A DNA stretch of 64,000 bases. Origin: Octopus vulgaris. Lineage: Eukaryota. The DNA is taken from contig OX597818.1 in the NCBI GenBank assembly GCA_951406725.2, positions 18,290,001-18,354,000 of the forward strand, read 5' to 3'. Below are positions 37,643 to 51,359 of the stretch, piece after piece (within the stretch, counting starts at the first letter, position 1; every line of letters begins with the position of its first letter). Under the pieces are notes generated by a model that worked only from the letters and a program-made list of their open reading frames with translations, searched no databases and had not been told where the DNA came from. The position numbers and the translations under genes were made by a program.

Positions 37643-38367
37643 TTGTTTATAAATTTAACCTTTAGAGGTATTTTTGAATATGCTGGCCATTGATAAAAAG
37701 TTTTTCGAAAATTTTATCCTATATTACATGTAAATTCAATACTATTCACTTCCAGACTCTCTCACTCTATGAGGATTTTCAGTCCGATCACACGTGTCTC
37801 GAGGTATGCTGTAGAATTTCTATTTAGGATATATTTGGGGTACTTAAGTGTGCTCATGACTTAGTGTTTACTTCTTCCATGGGTACAAGTAAGTATCTCA
37901 TTTATTTTCTTATCGTATTTATCGCTGATGACGAGAAAATTCTAAATGAATTAACTTAGAAAGCGTGGCCGATTCGATAATAACGAAAGTTTTTAGAAAT
38001 TTTTGTCGGCTTGCTTTCGAGACGCGTGCATATAGCGATAAATTATATGGTTATTGACGATTATGTCTATTTTCGGCATATTTGGCATTGGATTTTTTTC
38101 TTTTGCCCTTGTTTATAAATTTAACCTTTAAAAGTATTTTTTAATATGCTGGCCATTGATAAATTTTTTTCGAAAATTTTATCCTATATTACATGTAAAT
38201 TTAATACTATTCACTTCCGGACTCTCTCACTCTATGACAATTTTCAGTCCGATCACACGTTACTCGAGGTATGCTGTAGAATTTCTATTTTAGATATATT
38301 TGGGGTACTTAAGTGTGCTCATGACTTAGTGTTTACTTCTTCCATGGGTACAAGTAGGTATCTCTTG
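37643..38367 (+). mobile_element. Tandem direct repeat (about 255 bp x2) resembling a Penelope pLTR
   Basis: 37643-37898 matches 38109-38365; the spacer holds a CTGATGA...GAAA hammerhead-like motif at 37921-37978. Confidence 0.6.
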
Positions 38368-38399
38368 CAATAATTATAATGACAGAGAATATGGAGACT

Positions 38400-39390
38400 G
38401 GTACCTCATCAAAATTTATTTCCTTTTATTTTACGGTGTGTCATCCAGCATGTTTTTATGGCTACAAGAACCTACACGTGTTTCTGTATGAGTATGAGTA
38501 GTTGCATATGCAACCGGGTATAATTTTTCTGTGCAGCTTCGTTTAGGGTCTTCCAACCAGCTTGGCTCGAAGCGAACTTATTTCAATTTCTTGTTTATTG
38601 GTTAGGCTTCAGGAGAAAGCGTGGTATGGTTAGTTTGGATTTGAAATCCGATCTGCCTGTGAAATTCTATGGCTGACGTCGGTTTTACATCAGTTGCTGG
38701 CCGAAGTCGGGACTCTATCTAGTTAGGTCGAAATTTATTTTAGTATACTGGCAGGTTTATTTCATTGGTTCCTAATTTGATGGGTTCTTAATAAGCTTAA
38801 TTTCATGTATAGTTCTTGTAATGTATTTTTTTAAGGTGGTTCAGTTCTATGTTAAGTTCTTAGTTATTCAGAATTTTTCGTAGCTGTGTTAGGGAAAGTA
38901 AAGAAAAGGGAATATAAAATATTAGTTAAGGATAAAGGTATGCAGTTGGAGAGTTCTGGACATAGGATTCTATCTTTCATTCCCTCCCATCTATGGTTAA
39001 GATATTGAGTTACCTAGTAAGTGTGTTAAATTCCTTAAGGTCTGTTTTGTCCACTAATTAATTTGTGTCCCGATGTAAAGATTTAGTACATTTATTCTAT
39101 ACAAAACCCACATCTATTTCTCCCGGTTCTATACGGTTTAACCGTACTAGTTATCCCCCAGTCTGTGATAAAGCTATGGTTTCTATCTCTAAGTGACCAG
39201 GCTAGACTGATTAAGTTCGTTTTCTTCATTTTATTTCTATCCACAAATTAATTTAAATGTTACAGTAGGTACTTCGTCAAGCATCTAGAGTTTAAGGGGC
39301 ATACTTTATCTTTAGCACAATTACAGAGGCCTAATTCCCTGTCCCTATTATTTATGGTGTGGTAGTTCCTACCATATTTCTCGGCTGCCT
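38400..39390 (-). mobile_element. Penelope-like element 3' part
   Basis: Cys linker CNCAKDKVCPLNSRCL, then KPYRTGRNRCGFCIE (GIY-YIG C-terminus). Confidence 0.7.
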
Positions 39391-39870
39391 CATTCTTATT
39401 GATCTTATTTATTGCTGCTATGATGTTTGAAGCAGTGAAAGTTATGTTGGAGTTAATATGTTGTTCATTCATATACCTTGTGTCAATATCAGTGGGATCA
39501 CTAAAAATAGAGCGGTATTGTTTCTGCAGTGCTTCTGACATTTCTTTAGCGTAATGTTGGAGAATGCTGTCCTAAGCATTTTGGCATACGAATAGAACAC
39601 TTTCGGGTTCTGTTTGACTTTTTTGATTAACCGCTTTTCCTCTGCAGCTCTTTCATTGTCAACGTAGGATTTCATGCTGATCTGCAGATGATGTTTTTCT
39701 AACCCAAGGCCTCTTATTGTTGTTGAATGCGGATGGTGTTGGTGGTAGTATTATAATTGGTTGATTTTTTTAATTAAGTCTTTTGATTCCCCTGATGAAT
39801 CTTTTCTTGAGAGGCTTTGTTGTTCGTACATTTGGGTTTCGCACCAGCGTGCTTTGAGCATGTCTATGTC
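39390..39870 (-). mobile_element. CR1/Jockey-like LINE ORF2 linker fragment
   Basis: IKKVKQNPKVFYSYAK...LQKQYRSIFS...ITFT...IIAAINKI. Confidence 0.6.
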
Positions 39871-39921
39871 CCAATGTTCTGAAAGCGCAGACCTTTATAT
39901 ACTATATAGATATGTGCATGA

Positions 39922-39971
<50 letters not shown>

Positions 39972-40039
39972 CATGTGTAATGTGTATATATATATATATA
40001 TATACATACATACATACATATATAATATAGACATATATA

Positions 40040-40088
<49 letters not shown>

Positions 40089-40639
40089 CATAAATATATA
40101 ATATAGACATAGATAATGTATATATATATACATATATAATGTATATATATAATATATACATATATAATATATATACATATATATATATATATATATTACT
40201 AAATAGATATGTGTGTGTGTATATAAATACACACACACATATGTAACATATATATTTATGCATATCCTTATTTATAAACCAGTTTGCACAAACATTCGCA
40301 TAGACCCGCCTCTCTCTCTCTTTCTCATACACATACACAACTTCAAATGTATTCAATCAATGAATACATTTGAGTTAAGAGACCGACACATGTGTAAGTT
40401 TGTAGACGCAAGGTTGGGCGGATATGTAGGGCGTGGTAAAACCTCCAGTGAGCACCCAGTAACATCTGCCACGTGTATAAACAAGTGTGTAACCTGGTTA
40501 TATAGCGCTCGATCTCGCAAGAAACAACGGCCTTACAATCCCACCAAATCGGGTGAAGTCCTGCTTTGGAGGAGGTTGTTTGTGGCGGTTCGCCGCGCTT
40601 TCCCCATGATCATTTTCGCTTCTCATTGTTATAATAGAT

Positions 40640-41170
40640 AATTTTTTCGTACTCTCTCAATTACCATTCACTTTAAAAAAGGATGATTTTTTCATCTTTC
40701 TGCATGAAATTGCAGATGGAAATCCTTTGGACGAGTTTAGCCTTATTCAATTGATGTGGGACCCATACATCGGGCCTACTGACGTAACTAAGATGATGCA
40801 TACAGATTGCTTTCATCAGTCGATGTAGATATTTTGGGAAGTATACGCAATCATCTACCTCGTATAACTCGTATAGCTTTATTTTGTTGCTGTTAATCTC
40901 AATTGATCGACCAGAGCGAAAACCGAAAAATTTCTTGATCAAAATCTTGAAAAACCACTTCTGGTACACGCATTCCATAACAAAATACTCTCTGTACACA
41001 GTGCATATCTTCCTGCAAGTCTCTGTCGCTTTTTTGCCTTTTTGTTTTTGAATAAAAAAAGCATGATGGGTCGATAACGTTTGTTTTGGTTCTCCATTTT
41101 CAGGTTTATCACAATTACACAAAATACAATTTATCGCGCTAAAAGTTCGTGTCATACAGTGGTGTGAAGT
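40640..41170 (-). mobile_element. Mariner transposase N-terminal fragment
   Basis: GKKATETCRKICTVY...QKWF...RSGR...DVWVPHQL...RISIC. Confidence 0.8.
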
Positions 41171-41295
41171 ATCTTATGAGTACGCATGTGCAAGTGACAG
41201 TCTAAAGCTAGCTACGTGTTAGAGTGCTTGAAGTTTAGAGTCGATCAAAAGCCGATCAGACACCCAATACGTGTTCGCCTGTGTGTATATGTTTA

Positions 41296-41650
<355 letters not shown>

Positions 41651-41942
41651 TGTGTCTATGTGTGTATGCGTTTGTGTAACCCTCAGATGTGTTCTGTACA
41701 TTGTCTACTTTAATATAATCATACCTTCATATTCCTACATTAAAAGCAACATAAAAATCAAAAGCAAAACAAAAAACAAAACAAACAAAAGACCGAAAAG
41801 ACAAAACAATATACAAACAATGAATCGGAAAAAATATAAAACTAGAGACTTCAGAATATGTATTTTTATTAGATTAAATTTAAATTCTGATTCTTCTGAT
41901 CTATATAATCTTATCTATACTGACATAGATATACGCACATTT

Positions 41943-42810
41943 ATAGAGGGTGCGGTGAATAAACTATCGTCTAAATTACGCAAAAATGAAAATAATATTG
42001 ACATCTCATGTTAACAGATATATTTACCAAAATTACATAAAAATATCTTGAAATACTAAAGAATACATTTATTCAATAAAATCAACATTGGCTTCAACCG
42101 TGGCTTCCAGACGACTTCAGAATCTCCTGCAACTCTTCTGGAAGGTGAATGCTGCCACAATCCTTGCCTTCAGTTCATCTTTATTGTTACAAGGAGTTTT
42201 GTTGGTCTCTCGCTCAACTGCACCCCACACATAATAATCAAGGGGGTTGCTGTTTAGAGAGGTAGGTGGCGAGATGTTAGTGGTTATGTGGTCACAGAAA
42301 CTGTCTGACAGCCATGACTAGGTACTTCTGTTTGCGTGGTATGGTGAAGAGTCCTGTTGCCAAATATAGGGTCTTCCAGCAGCCACACTCTTGATCCAGG
42401 GCAACAATAACTCCTCAAGGTACTTGATGTAGGCCTCTGTGTTGAGTGTGAGGTCATGTGGGAAGACGAACGGAGGCATAATATCGTTATCACTAGTGAT
42501 CACTGCAAACACCATTATGCTGACTGGATGTTTGATTTTTTATCACTCTCGGTACATGCACTGTCCTCAGATTAACAACTAAACACTCTGAAACGTTCCT
42601 ATTGGAGCTTCCGGCACGAATGCCAAGCAGTAGAGCATGTTTCCAAATTTCTGGCAGAGTGAATTGCATCATGGTGCTTTTTTCTCACAGATGGTGCCCA
42701 GCTGACCTTATTATACTGTGTAGTAGACAAAATTTAAAAAAAAGAAATAATACGCATGCGCGAAATAAAAAATATAAAATGGAGGCAATTTATCCATTGC
42801 ACAGTTTATA
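41943..42810 (-). mobile_element. Tc1/mariner-superfamily element (maT/DD37D-like), internally deleted
   Basis: MVFAVITSD..IMPPFVF...YIKYLEELLLPWI...YIWQQDSSPYH and PLDYYVWG; TA-flanked imperfect TIRs. Confidence 0.75.
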
Positions 42811-42973
42811 TATATTTAAAATTATCTATCTAACTCTCTCCTCTCTCTCTCTCTCTCTTCCAGCCCCCCTCTCTCTGTATATATCTATCTATCTATCTAT
42901 ATATGTGTAATATATATGAACACATACATACATGTAAGGATGTATGCATTACATATATGTATATATGCATACA

Positions 42974-43009
<36 letters not shown>

Positions 43010-43026
43010 TATATATAAATATATAT

Positions 43027-43137
<111 letters not shown>

Positions 43138-43281
43138 TACATGCACAGCCTCTTGATATGTATTATGTATAGATGTATATATATATCTGTATCTCTGAAT
43201 CTATTTACCTAAACACACACAGAGACACGCATATACATAAATACATACATTCATACATTCATACATACATACATACATACA

Positions 43282-43375
<94 letters not shown>

Positions 43376-44249
43376 CATACATACATATACACATATTTAC
43401 ATATATATATATATAGATACATATACATATGCATATGCATGGTGCGTTTACGTAAGGCATGTATGGATTATTTTTGCAAAAATACCTCTAATACCTCTTG
43501 AAACATATGACATCGACACTGAAGTGTTACACAACTATAAAATACACAATCTGGGAGAGGCTTCGTTTCATTTATAAGAATCTCACATTATACCAGAAAC
43601 AGCCCGGAGGAAGTTCTCGTTGATCTGCTAAAAAATAATGGCAAAAATCAGAGTTAGCTCGATCAGATTGGCCGGTAGGTTGTACAGAACGCACTCGTAC
43701 TTACGAATCAGGAGACAAATGCGGAAAATTAGCTACAATCCCATTGCATGCTTAATAAGTGTTATATATAAACTGTAAAGTGTTCATAGGTTGTTTTAAT
43801 GTCTCTGCAAGATTTTTTGGAGAAAAGACGAAGGTTTGTTGCTGTGCAAAATAGCTGTTCATCAACAATGCTGTTTTTACAAAGAAGCAATGCAGCATCA
43901 CCGAAGTCTGCCGACATTATGGCTGGGGTGTATGGCTAGACTAGGTGTTTGACTCTCACTCATGAATACAAGTGTCGAAGCGCCTTACTATCAATTTTCC
44001 ATCCCCAATAATCGGTGCCCTAAAGTGAATGACTATAACACGAAGCACACAACTATTACTAAGAACTAAATCAACTGCTATAGAATTGGGTTAACGGCGG
44101 AAATATTCTAGAATCACAGCTTGTGTGTGATGCTGTTGTCCTGGCTGCAAATCTCGTCAGCCCTATTGAGGAAATGCAGTGTCTACATGTTAGTGTCTGC
44201 AGAAACAAAGAGAAATGCCACTCACGTACCTTTGTTTCAAACATGAAAC

Positions 44250-44780
44250 CGTATACAAGTAATATTTATGACACTAAGAGATAGAGTTGGTTCGACCCAC
44301 TCATGGGAAATAAGAATGAAGTTTGATCTGGGTAAACGTTCATATTTTGTAGTTAACTGATAGAAGATTATTGACTAGATTAGGAACATAGCCATGAATG
44401 ATCTGTTCACGTCAGCTATCTCCAATGAAAAGTGCTACTAGTATCTCGGAATTGATGTAAATATTGCATGCGTTGGTACTATGAAGAAAGTTATGAAAGA
44501 ACAATACTTCAGCAGACTTCAGAAGTTACAATATATACTTTACTTGAAGAGTTCCGCAACATAAACTTCAAGATTAGATTAAGAAGATATTGACTATTAC
44601 TGGTAAATTCTTTTCAAAAAGAAATCTGTGTTAGACGGAGAAACGTTAGCAGAGGCATAAGATCTATCCAAACAGTCACTGAGTACCTCATAGAATCATT
44701 CATACACCATCATATGAACAAATAATGCTCATGTCATTTACGTACTCAACAGTGAAAACAATTACATCATGAGAATAAAA
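44250..44780 (+). mobile_element. Very decayed R4/Dong-like RT-thumb fragment
   Basis: MKFDLGK and YLGI-like motifs paralleling 54413-54620. Confidence 0.4.
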
Positions 44781-45104
44781 GAACCACTGAATAAATACTC
44801 TAAGTAGTCAGCTGTTCCGTGTGACTCCTGATAAACCGGCACTAATCATATTAGCAGAAAGTTATACAGCCCTACACATCCTGTAACTAAATGTTCAGTA
44901 ACAACATTGATGGGAAGTATAGCGTTTTCGGGAATTTGATACATGTAGCACGTCCCACGTAGGAGGATATGTTTTCAGCTACGATCTAATTGGTAAAAAG
45001 GGATAAGGGTATTAGTACCATAACAGTTGAGAAGATATCACATCCATCAATAACAAAGGTCCAAAATAAATCTGCAAAGTACCACCTTATTCTGAGAGAT
45101 GACA

Positions 45105-45760
45105 TATATATATATAAAACTCAACTTGTGTGTCTGTGTGTGTATCTGTGTGTGTGTCTGTGTGTTTAACTTCCCGGCACATCTAGTCAACAAAGCGCAG
45201 AACCACCAAAACTGGGTCACTTAAGGTTTAGGCAAATGAAAATTGAACTGCGCTATTTCTGTTCCGAAATTCATCTCGCAAGAGCAAAAATCGATAATGT
45301 GTTTGTTTAGGCCTTATCCCATGCATTGAATAGTGAACTTTACTCAGTCAGCTGTTTGACGTGAACTGTGTTCACCATGCGTGCAAGCATGCGTAAATTG
45401 TATGAAAAAAAAAAGAATCAAGATATAAAAACGAATCGCCGTAAACATTGTAGAAATTCGGCAAAGAAAATGAATTTTCGGGATGTAGCCTGGAGGGTTT
45501 TTTCGTATTAATCGTTTGGACTTTGTGAACACATACCAATTGTTTTCATAACATTTTTGACGCTTTGAATTAAATGTGACCATTTTGCGTTGAGTCTGCA
45601 GTTTGAATCACTTTAACCAAATTGTAGCAGGCCGGATTTTTGATCATCACGATACATCGCCAACGACTCCCTGAAATCCCCGTTGAGAAACCTATATATA
45701 TAAAACTCAACTTGTGTGTCTGTGTGTGTATCTGTGTGTGTGTGTATGTGTGTTTAACTT
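45105..45760 (+). mobile_element. Head-to-tail Helitron/HINE-like unit (about 587 bp plus the start of a second copy)
   Basis: TATATAAAACTCAACTTGTGTGTCTG...TTTAACTT repeated at about 45110 and 45696. Confidence 0.55.
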
Positions 45761-45810
45761 TTGGATCTACCAAGTTTCATTATTAAGGATGGAAAGTAGT
45801 GTATGGCAAA

Positions 45811-46199
45811 TCTATATATATAAAGCTGAAGTTGTCTGTGTGTGGCAGGTTTGGTAGCCTTCAACTAACACTATCTCCTTCGAGACCCTGCAGCGCAAGT
45901 TGACCAAAATTGAGAGTATGATAGAAGAAGGCTTGCTCTTTATTCTGTAGCAGATAAAATTCAAATCGAACCATGTTAACACCAAAAATTATTTACATCA
46001 AAAAGGTGCTTTTTTTCTATGAAAATCCCTATTTTTTACGATTTTTGACTGCTGTGTCACCATTTTTCAGTGTATTTCAACTGGAAAAATGTTCACTTGA
46101 AGAGAATAACAAGTTGCATAATGCAAAATTTTTACTTTTCAAAAATTCCAATTCTAAAGGGTCGAAACAAACCCAAGCAACACCGGGTGATACTGCTAG
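45811..46199 (+). mobile_element. Non-autonomous Helitron
   Basis: A|TCTATATATATAAAG start; 3' hairpin ACCC...GGGT then CTAG|T; no TSD. Confidence 0.85.
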
Positions 46200-46912
46200 T
46201 AATTGATAAAAAAATTCAATGGTATACTAGAATCAGAATATATCCACTCCTTTAAAAATAATATTACTATGAAGCATTTCTACAAAAACAGTAATACGGT
46301 GCAAGCATAACAGACGTAATATTATTCTGTGGGTCTCGGAACAAATATGCATTTTTGTAGAGAGCAGCTGCCCAGCAGATATGAGTATTTTGTCTAACTT
46401 TGTGAGAAAATATAACATTTGTGCCGAACAAATGCCGAAATTACATCTGCTGTATTCTGGCTGTAGATTCTCATTAGTACAATAATGGTAGGTGTACTAG
46501 ACTATGTTACAACAGATTTACATAAAAGCCTGCAAATGCACTGTGGTTTTTCCAAGGAAGAACAACGAAATTGACTCGTATCCAAAGATACTCCATTTGA
46601 GATTCCTGGAATGAATACTATACACGCAAATACACAAATGTTAGTCACATACATTCGTCTACTAAACAAACATGAGTGCAAAGCCTCCACATATATATGC
46701 ACATATTGATGCTCATATATACCTCATAACCACTGAAACTGTTTTCTCTCAAACGAAGAAACGTCGCCACTTTACTTGTTTTCAATGAAGAAATTAAATC
46801 TCAAAAGAAAAAAAAATTCATAAACGCATTCACACGTACTTGCATATTTTTGCATACAAACACAAATACACAGTTACATATATAAACACAAATATATATA
46901 AGTGCATGTGCG

Positions 46913-46951
<39 letters not shown>

Positions 46952-48017
46952 TAGAATTAAATATCTCTTCAGTAAACCGTTATGATACAAGATGGTGGAC
47001 ATTTTCGACACCATATTTGATTGAAATATAATGTCTATTACTTTACTCTACGTTAATATAATTCTTTAATGTATGACTTACTTGCTGTAATCGGTAGCGA
47101 GATCGCCCAGCAATTATTGAATGCAAGAAATCAATATAATTACTTCACCGTTTTGGACTTTTTGTTACTTATAAGCTATAAAGGTTAAATTTAGTTTCTA
47201 TTTATGAAATATCCTGTGTTATAACATTACTGTAAGTGGTCAATAAAACGTCCGTTCTCTATATATCACATATTATATACGACTGTCTAAATAATTTGTC
47301 GGAAGCTTACGAGATTCGCTTTGCAATTATAGCAAGCTGGTTCAATCCCACTGCTCGACATCTTGGGGAAAGTGTCTTCTACGAAGTCTCTTATAGTTGA
47401 CATTAAGGAGACAATAACTGCCAGAAGTTTTGTTTCGAAATTATGACTAACCGTTTCAATCACACTGGTTGATACCTTACGCAAGTCGTGACGTTGGATG
47501 GACGGAAATAACGGGAAGTTTATCGGATGGACTGTAGTTGTAATTAATAGTTATATAAACACAGATCGAGTATTTCGTTGTATTCGTCGCCGTCTTCGTC
47601 CCCGCCGCTGATGTTGAGGCCACTACCGTTGATGGCGCTGTTACCGTTGCAGTCTTCGTCCTTGTGGAACGTCAGGGCAGCTTTAATCGGAAAGGCCTAT
47701 GGTTTACCAGTTATCCGATTGTGCCAATGAATGAACGAGACCACCGGATGTGTTAATCCGGAGATATTCTGTTTCTACTTAACAGAGTCCCAAACTGCCC
47801 GCTCCCAAAATTCAACGATGAGCAGTCCGGAGTGTGATATATGATAGTCAGGGCAATTGCCAAATATAATATTAAGCGCAAAAATGAGCACGTTGGTCCG
47901 TTGTAGTAATTGTCATCGTTGAAACCGACATGAGATGAATTTAGTTTCTCAAATATAAACGGCGTTGTAGAGGTTTAGTGGTGCCTCTTTAGACCATTTT
48001 TATTTTAGCGTGCAGTC

Positions 48018-48366
48018 TAACCATAACCTTATACCTAGCCCTAACCCTAATCCTGCCTCTAAATCCTAAATTTAAAACCCTGATCTTGACGTTAAGGCTT
48101 ATTCCTAACCATAACCCTAACCGTAAAGCCTAAACTAACCCTAAATCCTACCTCTAAACCCTAACCTATCCTTAAATGCTAACTTAACCCTAAACCTAAA
48201 ACCTAATCCTAAAGCCGAACCCTAATCCTAAATTTAATTCTTATCCTAACTCCCAAATCCTAATCCTTAATCCTTAACCCTAACCTTAAATCATAACCGA
48301 AATCTGATCCTAGACCTAAGCCTAAATTCTAACTTAACCCTAACATGAAACACTGATCTTACCCTA
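48018..48366. repeat. Degenerate (CCCTAA)n telomere-like tract
   Basis: Repeated CCCTAA, CCTAAA, CCTAAT and TTAACC hexamers. Confidence 0.8.
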
Positions 48367-48439
48367 ATTCAGATCAGGTCATTTCACGCCAAAGAAGCAT
48401 CGATTCAGCTTCAGATAATTAAACTCTTTCGTCACTTAC

Positions 48440-48505
48440 GTTGTTCATACGTTCTCTGGTTTCCCTCGCAATTTGCAAAAGTCTTCTAGCAGTCCGTTGT
48501 AGATT
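48440..48505 (-). CDS. Candidate 66-nt internal coding exon of an unidentified host gene
   Basis: TAACAG acceptor, GTAAGT donor, upstream CTAAC branch-like motif. Only phase 0 is open: NLQRTARRLLQIARETRERMNN. Non-repetitive context. Confidence 0.4.
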
Positions 48506-48964
48506 CTGTTATATTAAGCGATATTGATGAGAAAGTTAAATGTTAGGTATATAAAACTGCATTTACATCTTCTTTCTACTGAATATTTGACACCAAGCGC
48601 TCTATCATATTCAATTGAAGACCATCTAGCGGGAATAGATATTACGAAAAACGCGTTTTGATGCTCAAACTGAAAGGATTGCTATGAACGTGGTTCTTGT
48701 TTTTTGTAAGCAGGCAGCAAAAGTAGTGCATTGTCTCTATTAGCGATAATACAATTAGGCAATATCTCAGCTAAGCAGCAGTAGCAACGGCAGCATCACC
48801 AACATCATCAGCAGCATTGGCATCAGCAGCATCAGCTACAAAACGACAACAAGGCCTGAGAATCGAGGGTAGGAGTTTTAATACCGTTAATCCTAGTACG
48901 TGACTGGTACCTTGTTTTATCAACCGTGAAGAAATGAAAAGCAAGGCTGAGTTGGCAAGATAAA

Positions 48965-49044
<80 letters not shown>

Positions 49045-49190
49045 AACAACAACAACAACAACAAAAACATACACACATCTGAGCACAGAGACATAAACTC
49101 ACATACACGCATACATATACATGTACGTGTGGGGGTACAAATCAAACAGTCAATTAGACTGAGATACTGACAGACATATGGGAAACTAAG

Positions 49191-49230
<40 letters not shown>

Positions 49231-49537
49231 CATACAAATAGGTAAATACAAAAATAAATTTAGCGATAGGTAGAAAGATAGTTAAGTTGATAAAGAGGTA
49301 GAGCACTACATAAATATGTCGGTAGATAAGTATGTAAACGAGCAGATAGAGACAGAAACACAAAGAATCACAAAAAATATATACACACACATACGCAAAC
49401 ACATATATACAAACAAACACACACACAGCCACACTAATGTAGATGTAAATTTGGAAAACTTTCATTTGTCAGTTATTTTATATACATGCATATATACATA
49501 AATACATACATACATATATACATACATAAATACATAC

Positions 49538-49578
<41 letters not shown>

Positions 49579-49816
49579 GTTATGTCTTGGCTCAATTTTC
49601 TTTGAAAACTTCTAACTCAAGTATTTATTTGATAAATTCTTAATAATTCCACCATCTTTTCTTCACGATATTATCTAGGAAAAATAATGGGAGAAATAAA
49701 CACATAAGGAGATAGAACAGAAAGATTAAAAACAATGGTGCTAAAACTGAGAGAAGTAGTAAAAAACGGACATATATACTCACCAATAAAATGTAGACAG
49801 ATTAACCGATATCTAC

Positions 49817-49876
<60 letters not shown>

Positions 49877-50904
49877 GTACACACACTCGTATATACACAC
49901 ATATCATACTTAACACAGACTGCTAATTTGAACTAATACTGCTTCTGTCGAACACATACACACATGTACACACATGCACACACACGCGCATATATATATA
50001 TAAATGATAGGTAAGAATATTTTAAACAGAGACGTATTGTAGATTCAGACAATGAGTGCATTAATCTAATATCACAGATAAATAGAAGGAGAATCCGATT
50101 AGTCTTTCGTATTAGTTTATCCTGGATAGATAGATAAAAGTCCGTGGATGTCATACATGAAGCTCACAAAGAAGAGAATGCAGAACGCGGAAAATCTTTT
50201 ACGGTTATTTCTAGGATATGGTGTCCAATGAGTACAGTAATGTGCATTGTGTTGTATATATACATGAAATAAATTGGTATTGGCGAATGAAAAATTCCAA
50301 TTTCCCACCTGAACATAAATATCACTCGATATATAATTCTACTATAAAACTATCCTATTCTACTACACTTACCATAGAATCTATTATACGACATGACCGC
50401 ATTCAAAAGATGTAAACTCAGCTTACATAATGTTAACTGTAACAGGGTAATAGAGTTGCTTTTCTGTTAGACTTAACCGTAACAGGGTAGTAGAATTACT
50501 ATTCGGTAGGGCTTTACCAGCCATACTGACAGACATATGAATGCGTTAAACAGAGGCGTATTGGAGATTCACACAATGAGTACATTAATCCAATATCACA
50601 GACGAATAGAAGGAGGATCCGATTAGTCTTTCGTCTTAGTTTATCCTGGATAGATAGATAATAGTCCGTGGATGTCATACATGAAGCTCACAAAGAAGAG
50701 AATGCAGAATGCAGAAAATGTTTTACGGTTGTTTCTAGGGTATAATAGATCCTATAGTGGGTGTAGTAGAATAGGAGAGTTTTATAGTAGAATTATATAT
50801 CGAGTGATATTTATGTTCATGTGGGAAGTTGGAATTTTTCATTCGCCAATACCAATTTATTTCATTTATATTTACAACACAATGCACATTATTGTACTCA
50901 TATG

Positions 50905-51297
50905 GTAGTAGAATTACTATTCTGTGGGGCTTTACCAGCCATACTGATAGACATATGAATACCAGTAGACCTGATATAATTATCAAAAATATCGACAAAA
51001 TGTCTGCTGTGTGATAGATATGACAATATCAGCTGATCAAAATATGTGAGTCAAATAAGTAAAAACCAAAGACCTAGAGAGGAATGGATAGAATGTGGAA
51101 ACTGAAAACAGTTAATCTAGTGGTAGTAGCAGTAGGAGCATTAGGCATAGATAAAAAAATGGCCCTCAATCTTAATTGATAAAATACCTGTAAATTCAAA
51201 TATGCCGAAATAATTGCACTAACCTCACCAACCCATTTATTTCTTGAGAAAATTCCTATTGCAGCGAAACTGCCTCGAAATGAAGCTCAAATATAAA
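50905..51297 (+). mobile_element. Old Dong/R4 3' fragment
   Basis: ITILW...HTDRHMNTSRPDIII and MWKLKTV..VVVAVGALG, ending at (TAA)n. Confidence 0.65.
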
Positions 51298-51299
51298 GC

Positions 51300-51357
<58 letters not shown>

Positions 51358-51359
<2 letters not shown>

